This document shows positions 17,569 to 26,771 of a stretch of DNA of 64,000 bases, piece by piece. The notes below the pieces were generated by a model. The model worked only from the letters and a program-made list of their open reading frames with translations. It searched no databases and was not told the DNA's origin. This stretch comes from an uncultured Alphaproteobacteria bacterium. Lineage in GTDB: Bacteria > Pseudomonadota > Alphaproteobacteria > RF32 > CAG-239. The stretch spans positions 32,971-96,970 of the forward strand of contig CALXVV010000040.1 of NCBI GenBank assembly GCA_944392205.1, given 5' to 3'. The stretch's first letter is position 1. Each line of letters opens with the position of its first letter. The translations under genes and the position numbers were made by a program.

Positions 17569-18540
17569 TTATAATTTTTCAAATTCTTGCTTGAGAGTTC
17601 TCTCAAACATACCGCGAATGGTTGATTTGATATCGGCGCCTTCATAAACCACGCGATATAGTGCTTGGCATATCGGCATATCTATACCTTCCTTATCAGC
17701 AATGTTCTTGACCGCTTTTAGGGTCGGCACTCCTTCGGCCAGTTTGCCAAAGTCTTCTCCTTTGGCAAACTTCTCGCCAAAGGTTCTGTTGTGGCTGTGT
17801 TTTGAAAACAATGTTGCCTCATAATCGCCTAAGTGCGACAAACCATATGCCGTTTGCGGGTTGCCGCCAAAATGTTTGATGAAGCGGCCGACTTCAACCG
17901 GAGCTCTGGCCATCAAAGCACCTTTGAGCCCATACCACTCAAGCCCATCTAAAATGCCGGCGGCAATGCCTATAACATTTTTTAGGGCCGCACCAATCTG
18001 ATTGCCGATCAAATCAGCTCCATAGTAAAATCTTATCAAATCGCTTGATAATAGTTTTATCATCCTATCTTTGGTTTCTTCTTCATCACTATCTATCACG
18101 GCGCAAGAAGGAACACCTTTCATATAATCTTGAACATGGCCGGGACCACCCAATGTGGCAATATGAATGTTTTGTTTTATCTCTTGGCGCATAACATCCA
18201 GCATGGTTGTGGCACCCGGTTCTTCCAAGCCCTTCATTGCCAGCAGGAAAGTTTTACCATTCAGGTCATAAGCTGCCAGCTCCTTGCACAAACCTCTGAA
18301 ATATTGGCAGCCAATGGAAATTATAATTATGTCATTTTTCAAGACTGCGGCCAGATTATCATATAGGTGCATGTTATCAGAGAGCGTCAGATAGGCATTT
18401 TTGCGCGTATCTCTCAGTTCTATAAAATTCGGCGAGGTCGGAATATCGTACATATCGACATCAAAGCCACAATAGTTGGCGGCATACCAACCCAAAAAAG
18501 TGCCCCAGCGGCCACACCCAATCAGAGATAGTTTTTTCAT
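17569..18540 (-). CDS. gpsA: NAD(P)H-dependent glycerol-3-phosphate dehydrogenase
   Basis: LSLIGCGRWGT, GGPGHV, GAALKNVIGIAAG, AEGVPT; colinear with GpsA. Confidence 0.8.
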   Translation of the reverse strand: MKKLSLIGCGRWGTFLGWYAANYCGFDVDMYDIPTSPNFIELRDTRKNAYLTLSDNMHLYDNLAAVLKNDIIIISIGCQYFRGLCKELAAYDLNGKTFLLAMKGLEEPGATTMLDVMRQEIKQNIHIATLGGPGHVQDYMKGVPSCAVIDSDEEETKDRMIKLLSSDLIRFYYGADLIGNQIGAALKNVIGIAAGILDGLEWYGLKGALMARAPVEVGRFIKHFGGNPQTAYGLSHLGDYEATLFSKHSHNRTFGEKFAKGEDFGKLAEGVPTLKAVKNIADKEGIDMPICQALYRVVYEGADIKSTIRGMFERTLKQEFEKL

Positions 18541-18645
18541 TTTTTATCCTTAAAAATATTAGTAATACTTTATCAGTAAAACATAACGCCCCATTTTGCA
18601 ACCACGATATTGCAAAAGTACACGATTTTTAGCGAAGAGAAGATA

Positions 18646-19005
18646 TTAAAGGACGCCTTTTTTGGCTCGCTGGCGGGTAACTATCGCGCCGATGTGGTCA
18701 AATTCCTCAAAAGAGTGGTAAGCATAGTCCAAGCTTTTTTTATCACAATCATAAAAAACTTGATTGGCCAAAGACTGTATTGCCGTGTCTATTCTTTTGA
18801 AGGCGTTGTTATAGTCTGCATTGAAGTGGTTTTTGGTTTTCTTTTTGACAATGTCATGATAGGCGGCAATAACTTTGGCAGTCTCATCGGCGGCATTGGC
18901 GTAACCTTTTTCCTCAAAATCACGCATAATCCGTGCCGTGGTTTGATAAAAGCACTTGTTGGTTAAAATACTCTTTTGCTTTTTGTTATTACTATCAATT
19001 ATCAT
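18646..19005 (-). CDS. Hypothetical protein (119 aa)
   Basis: Balanced composition; preferred over the overlapping + strand ORF 18610-18966. No recognisable motif. Confidence 0.35.
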   Translation of the reverse strand: MIIDSNNKKQKSILTNKCFYQTTARIMRDFEEKGYANAADETAKVIAAYHDIVKKKTKNHFNADYNNAFKRIDTAIQSLANQVFYDCDKKSLDYAYHSFEEFDHIGAIVTRQRAKKGVL

Positions 19006-19181
19006 TCGCAGAAATCCATAGTTTTATAAAAGTTCATCTAGCACATAACGTGCCGCTTTGCAAGAGTTTTTATACATTCTAAATAATACTCTTATTGGTT
19101 TAAAAGTTGGTTAATTAAATGGACAAGCCAATAAAATGGACTTATGATTTGAGTATTGTTTTTATGAAAGGAACCATCACC

Positions 19182-19775
19182 ATGAAAAAACTCTTCCCTT
19201 TAGTTGCTTTGGCTTTGGCTTTTAGCAGTGAGGCTCTTGCTCTTGAAGAAATTAAACTTCCCGCCCCTGACACAAAAGGCGGAATCCCCTTGATGGAGGC
19301 TATCTCTCGTCGACAAACCGTCAGAGAATTCAGCCAAAAGGCCATTGATGACCAAACTTTGAGTGAAATTTTATATGTGGCTTGGGGAATTTCTCATGAC
19401 GGAAAACGGACGGTTCCGACCGGACGCGATATGCAAAATATGCGCGTATTTGCCGCACGCAAAGACGGTGTGTGGGAATATGATGCAGAGACAAATTCAA
19501 TTAAAAAAGTTTCTGACATAGATACCACCCCTTATCTGGCCAAGCAAGATTTTGTAGAAACCGCTCCTTTGACCTTGATTTTTACGGGAACTGATTCTCA
19601 ATATTCTCCCATGGCCGCCGCTTCGGCTTATCAAAATGTAGGGCTTTATTGCGCATCCCGCGGTCTAAACAATGTGGTTCGCGGATATTTTGACCGCCCG
19701 ATGATTGCTAAAGTTTTGGGCATGGAAGAAGATGACGTTATCATCACTCAGACCATTGGTTGGCCCAATATGTAA
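19182..19775 (+). CDS. Secreted nitroreductase-family protein
   Basis: Signal peptide MKKLFPLVALALAFSSEALA. RRQTVREFS and the overall nitroreductase-fold pattern. Confidence 0.6.
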   Translation: MKKLFPLVALALAFSSEALALEEIKLPAPDTKGGIPLMEAISRRQTVREFSQKAIDDQTLSEILYVAWGISHDGKRTVPTGRDMQNMRVFAARKDGVWEYDAETNSIKKVSDIDTTPYLAKQDFVETAPLTLIFTGTDSQYSPMAAASAYQNVGLYCASRGLNNVVRGYFDRPMIAKVLGMEEDDVIITQTIGWPNM

Positions 19776-19859
19776 ACACGAAAAACAGCAATCTATCTTT
19801 TTTAGAAAAAATTTGTTGCAAAATCTTTTTTCATAGGATAGTTTAAGCTCTGTTTTTGA

Positions 19860-19950
19860 GGATAGGTGGCCGAGTGGTCGAAGGCGCACGATTGGAAATC
19901 GTGTGTACCCCTAAAGGGTACCGAGGGTTCGAATCCCTCCCTATCCGCCA
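19860..19950 (+). tRNA. tRNA-Ser (anticodon GGA)
   Basis: Folded by eye: acceptor GGATAGG/CCTATCC, anticodon loop TTGGAAA, long variable arm, GGTTCGAATCC T-arm, encoded CCA. Confidence 0.9.
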
Positions 19951-19958
19951 TTTACAAG

Positions 19959-19986
19959 AAAGCCCTGCCTTGTGCAGGGTTTTGTT
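19959..19986 (+). terminator. Hairpin with T-tail 3' of tRNA-Ser
   Basis: aaagccctgc-cttgt-gcagggtttt. Confidence 0.55.
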
Positions 19987-19995
19987 GTAAATACT

Positions 19996-20133
19996 GAGAG
20001 ATTGGGGGGGGATTTGAACCCTCGGAGAAGAGGGTTCGACTACCAGCGAAAGGCAAGCGGAAGCGTGCCGGTGAGCCTTGGCGAATGAGCGCCCGTGCAA
20101 CTCAAGCGCCAGCGCAGAGTAATCCCTCCCTAT
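19996..20133 (+). repeat. GC-rich tRNA-linked element, copy A; ends with a 13-bp repeat of the tRNA-Ser 3' end
   Basis: aatccctccctat occurs at 19932-19944 (inside the tRNA) and at 20121-20133. Contains a G8 tract, the hairpin gaaccctc-ggagaa-gagggttc and gtgccggtgagc...tcaagcg, which is shared with copy C. Confidence 0.6.
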
Positions 20134-20218
20134 TTGTATTATATAAAAATCCCTTGTCTTACTCTGAGTTTTGTTGTACCAATCAACTTATCAGTTTCCA
20201 CAACTTAAGAGAAAATTT

Positions 20219-20764
20219 ATGAACAGATGTGCCTGGCTCAATATTCGTAATCCTCTATACGTTAAATACCATGACGAAGAATGGGGCATTCCCCAGCATG
20301 ATGATCCGAAATTGCTGGAGCTGCTTATTTTGGAGGGTTTTCAAGCAGGGCTTTCGTGGGAATGTGTTTTGAATAAAAGAGAGGCTTTTCTCAAAGCTTA
20401 TGATAATTTTAACCTGACAAAAATTGTTCGTTATGATGATGCCAAAATTCAAGAACTTCTATCAAACCCCAATATTATTCGTAATAAATTAAAAATTGTT
20501 GCCAGTATCAAAAACGCCCGTATCTTTCAAAAAATTGCACAAGAATTTGGTTCTTTCGATGCATATATTTGGGGCTTTACCAACAATAACGTTATTGTTG
20601 AGCCCTATAACCTGCGGACCACGTCACCTCTTTCTGATGCTATTTCCAAAGACTTAAAAAAGCACGGCATGAAATTTGTCGGCTCCACCATTATCTACTC
20701 TTACCTCCAGGCTATCGGTATTCTTAACGCGCATGGAGAAGAATGCGATTTTTCTAAGAAATAA
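20219..20764 (+). CDS. tag: DNA-3-methyladenine glycosylase I
   Basis: CAWLNIRNPLYVKYHDEEWGIPQHDD..LLELLILEGFQAGLSW is the classic Tag signature. Confidence 0.85.
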   Translation: MNRCAWLNIRNPLYVKYHDEEWGIPQHDDPKLLELLILEGFQAGLSWECVLNKREAFLKAYDNFNLTKIVRYDDAKIQELLSNPNIIRNKLKIVASIKNARIFQKIAQEFGSFDAYIWGFTNNNVIVEPYNLRTTSPLSDAISKDLKKHGMKFVGSTIIYSYLQAIGILNAHGEECDFSKK

Positions 20765-20837
20765 AAACCTTTGAACTTTTTTATTTCCCTTTCGTTTTAG
20801 TGGGTAGAAACAACTTATGAAATGAAAGGATTATGCC

Positions 20838-21158
20838 ATGAAAAAGTTTTTGCTCTGTCTGATGGCCTTGTCTTTATTGGCAACACCCGTTGCAGCCAAG
20901 CCGTTCCATCGTCCTCACCACCGCCCGGCGCCGGTCGTTATTCACAAACATCATCATGGTGATCTCAATGCTCCGTTATTGGCTTTTTCAAGCGGTCTCA
21001 TCGGATTTGCCATTGGCGCTTCAACTACTCCGCAGACACAAACAGTTTACTATACCCCGGTTGAGGACAAACAATGTTTTGCCGTTGTTTCAAAATCTAG
21101 CGGCACCATCACTCAACAATGTGTCAGCGGCAGCAATCAAGTCTTGTACGTGGACTAA
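20838..21158 (+). CDS. Small secreted His-rich protein
   Basis: Signal peptide, then KPFHRPHHRPAPVVIHKHHHGD. Confidence 0.4.
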   Translation: MKKFLLCLMALSLLATPVAAKPFHRPHHRPAPVVIHKHHHGDLNAPLLAFSSGLIGFAIGASTTPQTQTVYYTPVEDKQCFAVVSKSSGTITQQCVSGSNQVLYVD

Positions 21159-21206
21159 AAATTTGCTTGCTTTTTAATCATTTTGAGGCTAATCAAAAAA
21201 GGTGTT

Positions 21207-21283
21207 GCCGGCGTAGCTCATCAGGATAGAGCAACAGTTTCCTAAACTGTGGGTAGTGGGTTCGAGTCCCGCCGCTGGCGCCA
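21207..21283 (+). tRNA. tRNA-Arg (anticodon CCT)
   Basis: Acceptor GCCGGCG/CGCTGGC, anticodon loop TTCCTAA, GGGTTCGAGTCCC T-arm, encoded CCA. Followed by a hairpin but no GC-rich insert. Confidence 0.9.
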
Positions 21284-21335
21284 TCTTTTTCAAACAAAAC
21301 CCCGCCTCCAGGATGGGGTTCTATTTTTTCTAGTT

Positions 21336-22442
21336 CTAGCTCTTAGCTAATTTTTCAAGAAATTTTATCTGAATATCCGCTATCTTCAAAACCGAATCGA
21401 TTTCAACATATTCGCCTTCTGCGTGCATGCCATCGCCACTGCCCGAATGCATGATAACCGTTGAGCCTTTGACGGCAAATTCTCTGGAATCGGTGGCACC
21501 GCCCTCATATTCAAAGCTCAGCGGACGACCTAATATATTCTCGGCAAACGCCTTATAATCCAAAATATAGGGATTATCCTCTCTCATCACAACCGGGGTT
21601 GATGATGAAACTATTTTATACTCACAGCCTTTGGCCATGGCCTTGTCCAATTTGGCTTTTAAGTCCTCTACACTACTGTTTTCGGTTAGACGAATATCAC
21701 ATAGAGCCTCGCAATAATTACAGATAACATTTGAAACCTCACCACCATTGATTTTGGCCACGTGCAAGGTATCTATCCACTTGTCTTTTGGCTGCTTGCC
21801 GTCTTTTGAATAATAGGGAAAAGATTTGCGTAAGTTATTTATGGTTTCAACCATTATCTCATTGGCATCTACTCCTTCCCACGGACGAGAGCCGTGAGCG
21901 GCCTGCCCTTTGGCAATCAACTTCACGAACACGGGGTTTTTGCATTTGACTATGAGCTTGCTGATATCGCCGCCGACATCATTGTCCAAAACTATTGTCG
22001 ATTTTATTTCCGGGTGGGCGGCCAAAAATGCTTGTGTCCCCTTGCTGCCTTTTTCTTCATCTGAAGACAATATTACCCCAAACTTTATCGGTAATTTATT
22101 TTTCAAAACATGCTCCATCGAATTGAGAGCCACTGCTGCAAAAGATTTCATATCCAATGTGCCGCGCCCATACATCTTACCATCCCTGATTTGCGGCGTG
22201 AACATTTCTTCTGAGGCGGCAACCACGTCTATGTGCCCCAAAACCAAAGCATCAAAGGCCTCAGAATCCGTGTTTCTGATGAATATCACCGGTGCTCCCG
22301 CTACTTCATCAAAAACATCTATTTTGGCTTCCGTGCCGGTAAAAAGAATTTTTATATAGTCCATAACCTGGTTGATTTCTTTGGCGTTGCCGGTTTCTGA
22401 ACGAAAACGAATTAAATCTTGTGCAACTTGTATGATGTCCAT
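21336..22442 (-). CDS. M20-family metallopeptidase (ArgE/DapE-like deacylase)
   Basis: LGHIDVV, GRGTLDMK, SSDEEKGS and the C-terminal GGATDSREF pattern. Confidence 0.65.
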   Translation of the reverse strand: MDIIQVAQDLIRFRSETGNAKEINQVMDYIKILFTGTEAKIDVFDEVAGAPVIFIRNTDSEAFDALVLGHIDVVAASEEMFTPQIRDGKMYGRGTLDMKSFAAVALNSMEHVLKNKLPIKFGVILSSDEEKGSKGTQAFLAAHPEIKSTIVLDNDVGGDISKLIVKCKNPVFVKLIAKGQAAHGSRPWEGVDANEIMVETINNLRKSFPYYSKDGKQPKDKWIDTLHVAKINGGEVSNVICNYCEALCDIRLTENSSVEDLKAKLDKAMAKGCEYKIVSSSTPVVMREDNPYILDYKAFAENILGRPLSFEYEGGATDSREFAVKGSTVIMHSGSGDGMHAEGEYVEIDSVLKIADIQIKFLEKLAKS

Positions 22443-22540
22443 AAAAAATTCCTTTCTTCTCTTATTTTTTTACAATTTATTCACTTAATACTGACATAAT
22501 AAGGCCAACAGAATAAAAAAAGATTAAAAAGGGAGGCAAA

Positions 22541-23047
22541 ATGAAAACTTTATTTATGGCAGCAGCTCTATTGCTTTTCTCTTTTGGCAACGCTTCTGCA
22601 CAGAATCTGATTGATGACGGAGAGACCGGACTTGCTATTCCGCGTTTTGTGTCTCTGCGCTCTAATCATATTAATGCACGTTCGGGCCCGGGCGCAAGAT
22701 ATCCGATTGAATGGGTATATATGCAAAAATCCGCTCCGGTTGAAATTATCGCCGAATTTGAGTTGTGGCGCAAAATTAAAGATTGGCAAGGTTCTGAAAG
22801 CTGGGTGCACAAATCTATGCTGACAGGAAAACGCTTTGTTAAGGTCATCACCCCAGGCGAGAACAACATCTATGCCAAAGATGACTACAACTCAAAAGTT
22901 ATTGCCAAGGTCGAAGATGAGGTGGTTGGCGAAATAAAGAAATGCCCGGTCAACACCAATTTCTGCCTCATACAGTTTGGTAATGTCGATGGCTGGATGC
23001 CGAGACAAAATCTTTATGGTATCTACCCTGACGAGATTATTGACTAA
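22541..23047 (+). CDS. Secreted bacterial SH3-like (DUF1058-type) protein
   Basis: Signal peptide. RFVSLRSNHINARSGPGARYPIEWVY...WRKIKDWQGSESWVHKSML, plus a second SH3-like repeat. Confidence 0.65.
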   Translation: MKTLFMAAALLLFSFGNASAQNLIDDGETGLAIPRFVSLRSNHINARSGPGARYPIEWVYMQKSAPVEIIAEFELWRKIKDWQGSESWVHKSMLTGKRFVKVITPGENNIYAKDDYNSKVIAKVEDEVVGEIKKCPVNTNFCLIQFGNVDGWMPRQNLYGIYPDEIID

Positions 23048-23048
23048 A

Positions 23049-23624
23049 TCAATATTCTTTCAACTCCCAAACACCGTCCTTGAAACTCAACTTAAAAAGG
23101 GCGGTGTTTTTCATGGCGGAGGGTTTGTGTCCAAATTTCATCAGCAAATAGCGAATCGAACTTCCATGCGAGGCTATGCCAATCACCGTTTCTTTGGTTT
23201 TCAACAGCTCATCTAAAACTTTCAGCATCCGTTCTTGCATTTGCCGTTTGGTCTCGCCGCCGGGGAACCCTATATCCATGGGGCCGTCTTCCTCATACCA
23301 GGTGGCAAAAATCTCCGGATATGCCTTGGCAATATCCGTTTTCAACATTCCCTCAACCTCACCAAAGCAGCCCTCTCTTAAGTCCGGAATTATCTTGAGC
23401 GGAATATTTAACTTTTCAACCACGACTTCAGCTGTTTGCAAAGCCCTCTTGAGCGGGCTTGAGTAAACAATCTCCAACCCTTTGTCTTGTAAAAAGTTGG
23501 CAAGTTCATGTGCCTGAGCCTCTCCGGTCATATCCAAAGGCATATCTATTCCGCAGCCTTGCCAGCGTCGCTCTTTATTGTATTCTGTTTCTCCATGGCG
23601 AAAGATATAAAAAACTTTTTGCAT
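23049..23624 (-). CDS. Histidine phosphatase family (phosphoglycerate mutase-like) protein
   Basis: FRHGETEYN catalytic motif; ...ASHGSSIRYL. Confidence 0.7.
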   Translation of the reverse strand: MQKVFYIFRHGETEYNKERRWQGCGIDMPLDMTGEAQAHELANFLQDKGLEIVYSSPLKRALQTAEVVVEKLNIPLKIIPDLREGCFGEVEGMLKTDIAKAYPEIFATWYEEDGPMDIGFPGGETKRQMQERMLKVLDELLKTKETVIGIASHGSSIRYLLMKFGHKPSAMKNTALFKLSFKDGVWELKEY

Positions 23625-24403
23625 TATTTCTCCCCTACCGGAATCCCCGGAAAAAGCATGGCCGCTACTTTTTGGTAATGCTCATTCCAGTTGCTGACCA
23701 AAAATTTATAATCGCGGTTGCGACTCAAACAAATATCTATCTCTATATGTCTTTCCAGATAATTTGCCAATTTGGCGCCCATCAGCTCATCTTGAGATAT
23801 TATTCTGACTTTTGGCAGAGCCTCTCTGAAATATTCTTTCAGCAAGGGATAGTGTGTGCATCCCAAAATCAGCGAATCCACATCTTCAAACTTTTTAGCA
23901 TATCCTAATGCCGCTTTTTTAGCCTCTGCAAAGTTATCCGCCTCAATAAACGGGACCAGCTCCGGGGCGGCAATTTCTCTTACCTCCAAGTCAGGTTTTA
24001 TCTTGTGCAATTCCTGCTCATAAATATGGGAGCGCACAGTGGCATTGGTGGCAACAACCCCCACTTTTTGTGCATTATCAAGCAAGGCCTCCTCGACGGT
24101 TGGAATAACCACGCCCAAAACTTTAACATCAGGTGCAAAAGAGGGAATAAAACGTTGCTGCAAATAACGCAAAGCAATTGAAGTGGCCGTATTGCAGGCT
24201 ATTATTATCAGGCCACAATTTTGTGAAATTAAAAACTTTATGGCCTCTATCGTGTAGCTTAATATTTGTCCGGATGTTTTTTCTCCATAGGGCAAATGCT
24301 CGGTGTCACCGTAATATACATAGTCATATTCCGGCAAAGCATTGATAAAAGCTTTTGTCACAACTAATCCGCCCAAACCGGAATCAAATACGCCAATTTT
24401 CAT
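23624..24403 (-). CDS. murI: Glutamate racemase
   Basis: IGVFDSGLGGL, IIACNTAT, LGCTHYPLL. Confidence 0.85.
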   Translation of the reverse strand: MKIGVFDSGLGGLVVTKAFINALPEYDYVYYGDTEHLPYGEKTSGQILSYTIEAIKFLISQNCGLIIIACNTATSIALRYLQQRFIPSFAPDVKVLGVVIPTVEEALLDNAQKVGVVATNATVRSHIYEQELHKIKPDLEVREIAAPELVPFIEADNFAEAKKAALGYAKKFEDVDSLILGCTHYPLLKEYFREALPKVRIISQDELMGAKLANYLERHIEIDICLSRNRDYKFLVSNWNEHYQKVAAMLFPGIPVGEK

Positions 24404-24480
24404 CAGACCTCTCTTTGCTGGCGCTGATGATATGTTTTTTTATTCAATTTGGCAACAGATTTATCAAAATCAACTCCAGC

Positions 24481-24683
24481 CATACACCAAACCCCGCTCA
24501 AGGCGGGGTTATTAATTTGCCGTGTGGCTGGTTTGGGCGGGCGCTTCGCACTCCGCCGCCTCACGGCCTCCCTTCGGTCGCTCTTCCTCGCTCCTATAAA
24601 TTCGGAGCTCGGGCGTCAAACCAGCTTCGCTGGTCGATCAAGCCTTACCAAACCATACACCAAACCCCGCTCAAGGCGGGGTT
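24481..24683 (-). repeat. GC-rich tRNA-linked element, copy B (143-bp core 24511-24653) bracketed by perfect 30-bp direct repeats
   Basis: catacaccaaaccccgctcaaggcggggtt occurs at 24481-24510 and 24654-24683. The core shares cgaccagcgaa and gccgtgagg...gcgaagcgccc with copy A when read in tRNA-sense orientation. Confidence 0.6.
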
Positions 24684-24690
24684 TGGTGTA

Positions 24691-24766
24691 TGGTGGGTGT
24701 GGCTGGGATCGAACCAGCGACCCCTACGATGTCAACGTAGTGCTCATACCACTGAGCTACACACCC
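24691..24766 (-). tRNA. tRNA-Val (anticodon GAC)
   Basis: Reverse complement folds: acceptor GGGTGTG/CACACCC, anticodon loop TTGACAT, GGTTCGATCC T-arm, encoded CCA. Confidence 0.9.
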
Positions 24767-24930
24767 GTTTTATCTTTTGGTGCCTATCTTATTATCTTAT
24801 ACTTTTTCTTTTGGCAAGAACTTTTTACATACCAACTTAATAAATCTCAAAAAAAAATTCCTATACAAAAATTTTTATCGACGTAAAGATAATCTATCTT
24901 TTATTTGAACTTTGAACTGGAACTCTTGCA

Positions 24931-25617
24931 ATGAAAAAGTATCTTACATCTCCTTTAACCACTCCTATCTTCTTCTCCCTTATTTGGCTTGCCTGGATGT
25001 GTTTTATTTTTGTTTTTCAATATGATGCTCTGCCCAATATTCTAGATGAAGAAACCGGCTATCTCGAATTTATCACAAATCTGGCTTATTTGCCTTTATT
25101 AATCGCCTTCATTTGCTTTGCAAAAACTTTTTGGAATACTTCCAAAAGCTCCAGAATCGATTTTATCCTTTTTGTTTTTCTTGGAATTTCAGCTTTCTTG
25201 AGAGAAAACGGAATCCAACATTGGATACCCTCTAAAGATACTACCGCTTTTAAATCAAGATTTTTTCTAAACCCCGAAAACCCTTTGAACGAAAAAATTT
25301 TGGCCGGCTTTTTGCTCCTTCTCTTTTTTGCGGTCATTTTATATTTGGCGGTCAAATACACAAAATACTTGGTTACCTCCTTCTTTAAAATGAATCCTGT
25401 TACCTGGTCTATTGCCACACTTTGCACCTTGGGTGTTCTCGGAAAATTTATAGACCGCTTCCCTTCAAACTATAAGCATAGTGGCGGTGTTGCCTTGCCA
25501 GAACAGCTACGCCTTAATCTTCAAGTTATGGAGGAAACTTCTGAAATCTTATTGCCTCTCATCGCCGCTTTTATACTTTTTCAGTATTGGCTCTTGAAGA
25601 AAAAGCCCCAAAATTAG
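24931..25617 (+). CDS. Polytopic membrane protein, unknown function
   Basis: Five to six hydrophobic helices; no motif recognised. Confidence 0.45.
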   Translation: MKKYLTSPLTTPIFFSLIWLAWMCFIFVFQYDALPNILDEETGYLEFITNLAYLPLLIAFICFAKTFWNTSKSSRIDFILFVFLGISAFLRENGIQHWIPSKDTTAFKSRFFLNPENPLNEKILAGFLLLLFFAVILYLAVKYTKYLVTSFFKMNPVTWSIATLCTLGVLGKFIDRFPSNYKHSGGVALPEQLRLNLQVMEETSEILLPLIAAFILFQYWLLKKKPQN

Positions 25618-25678
25618 GGAATATTTAAGCTTTTTCTCGTATAATGCTCTTTACTCTCAAACAATAAGGAGCATTGGT

Positions 25679-26566
25679 GTGGATAGCAAAAAACTTGATT
25701 TCAGGGTTAATTATAAACGCCTTAAAATCTTTGAGGAATTTAATGTTAAAGAACCTCAATTTCCAATTGTTTTGTCTTCTCCCCACAGCGGCAATCTTTT
25801 TCCGCCGGAATTTCTTGAAAACTCGGCTCTGAGCGAAAAAGAACTCCGCTCCTCAGAGGATTGTTTTGTCACCGAGATCATCAAACAAGCATCTGATGCA
25901 GGAATTCCGCTTATCAGCATGAATATCCCTCGCACGTTTGTCGATGCTAACCGCGATAAAATCGAAATTGATGACAAAATGTTTTTTGATGCTCCGCAAA
26001 GCTCTAACAATACCGGAAGCCGACGTTGCCGTGTGGGGCTTGGCGTTATCCATAGAATCGTTTATCCGAATAAAAATATTTATAACGGATTGCTTTCTTA
26101 CCAAGAGGGAATGGAGAGAATCAAATATGTCTATGATGCATACCACAAACGCTTGAAGCAACTCGTGGATAAATGCGTGCGCAAATTTGGTTTCTGCTTG
26201 CTGGTTGACTGCCACTCTATGCCGTCTATGATTTGTAATATCATGAATGAGGAAAAACCTCTGGATTTTTGCATCTGTACCCTTTTTGATGAAAGCTGCC
26301 CAACTCAAATGTCCGAATTCCTAAGCCGAGCTTTGGAAGAGTTTGGGTATCGCGTCGAGTTTAACCGCCCGTATGCCGGGGCTTATATTGCCTTTAACTA
26401 CTGCCAGCCTCGCAAAAACATCTATACGCTGCAACTGGAAATAAATCGCAGCCTCTATATGAATGAAAAAACCCTAACAAAAAATAAGAATTTTCAATCT
26501 GTTAGCAGCAATATTTGCCAGAGCATTCTGGCCTTGGCGAATTTTTTGCTGGATTTTAAAAAATAA
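25679..26566 (+). CDS. N-formylglutamate amidohydrolase family protein
   Basis: GTG start 7 nt after aaggag. LSSPHSGN, FVDANRD, LVDCHSMPS. Confidence 0.65.
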   Translation: MDSKKLDFRVNYKRLKIFEEFNVKEPQFPIVLSSPHSGNLFPPEFLENSALSEKELRSSEDCFVTEIIKQASDAGIPLISMNIPRTFVDANRDKIEIDDKMFFDAPQSSNNTGSRRCRVGLGVIHRIVYPNKNIYNGLLSYQEGMERIKYVYDAYHKRLKQLVDKCVRKFGFCLLVDCHSMPSMICNIMNEEKPLDFCICTLFDESCPTQMSEFLSRALEEFGYRVEFNRPYAGAYIAFNYCQPRKNIYTLQLEINRSLYMNEKTLTKNKNFQSVSSNICQSILALANFLLDFKK

Positions 26567-26771
26567 ATATGTTATAAGCCTCTCTTGTTTGTAAACTATT
26601 TGTTAACTTTTGTAGCGAGTAGTTTTGGTTGGGCCGAGCATTTTCAGCCGGCAAAACCTTTGGATCACCAACCTCAGGTTATTTTATTTTTGTGGTTGCC
26701 GTGAGACAAGTTGAAATTGGCACATTTGTTGCATGAGGGATACTTGTTGGCTAACCTGAGGGAATAGAGGG

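Noticed and set aside
19996-20133. Possibility that the GC-rich segment after tRNA-Ser is a (two-piece) tmRNA. It has a T-arm-like hairpin and a short frame gcg aat gag ... gag taa (ANERPCNSSASAE*) beginning like a tag
   Set aside because: The putative tag does not end in the hydrophobic/Ala-Ala terminus typical of SsrA tags. No acceptor-stem partner or CCA end is present. Homologous segments occur at two other tRNA loci without any such frame, which fits a dispersed element rather than the single-copy ssrA gene.
24355-24886. Two + strand ORFs (161 and 145 aa) spanning the murI upstream region, the GC-rich insert and tRNA-Val; likewise 19843-20100(-) and 54892-55080(+)
   Set aside because: They read through a tRNA gene and through repeats. 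Their Pro/Arg/Ser/Gly-rich translations are typical of GC-rich non-coding sequence.
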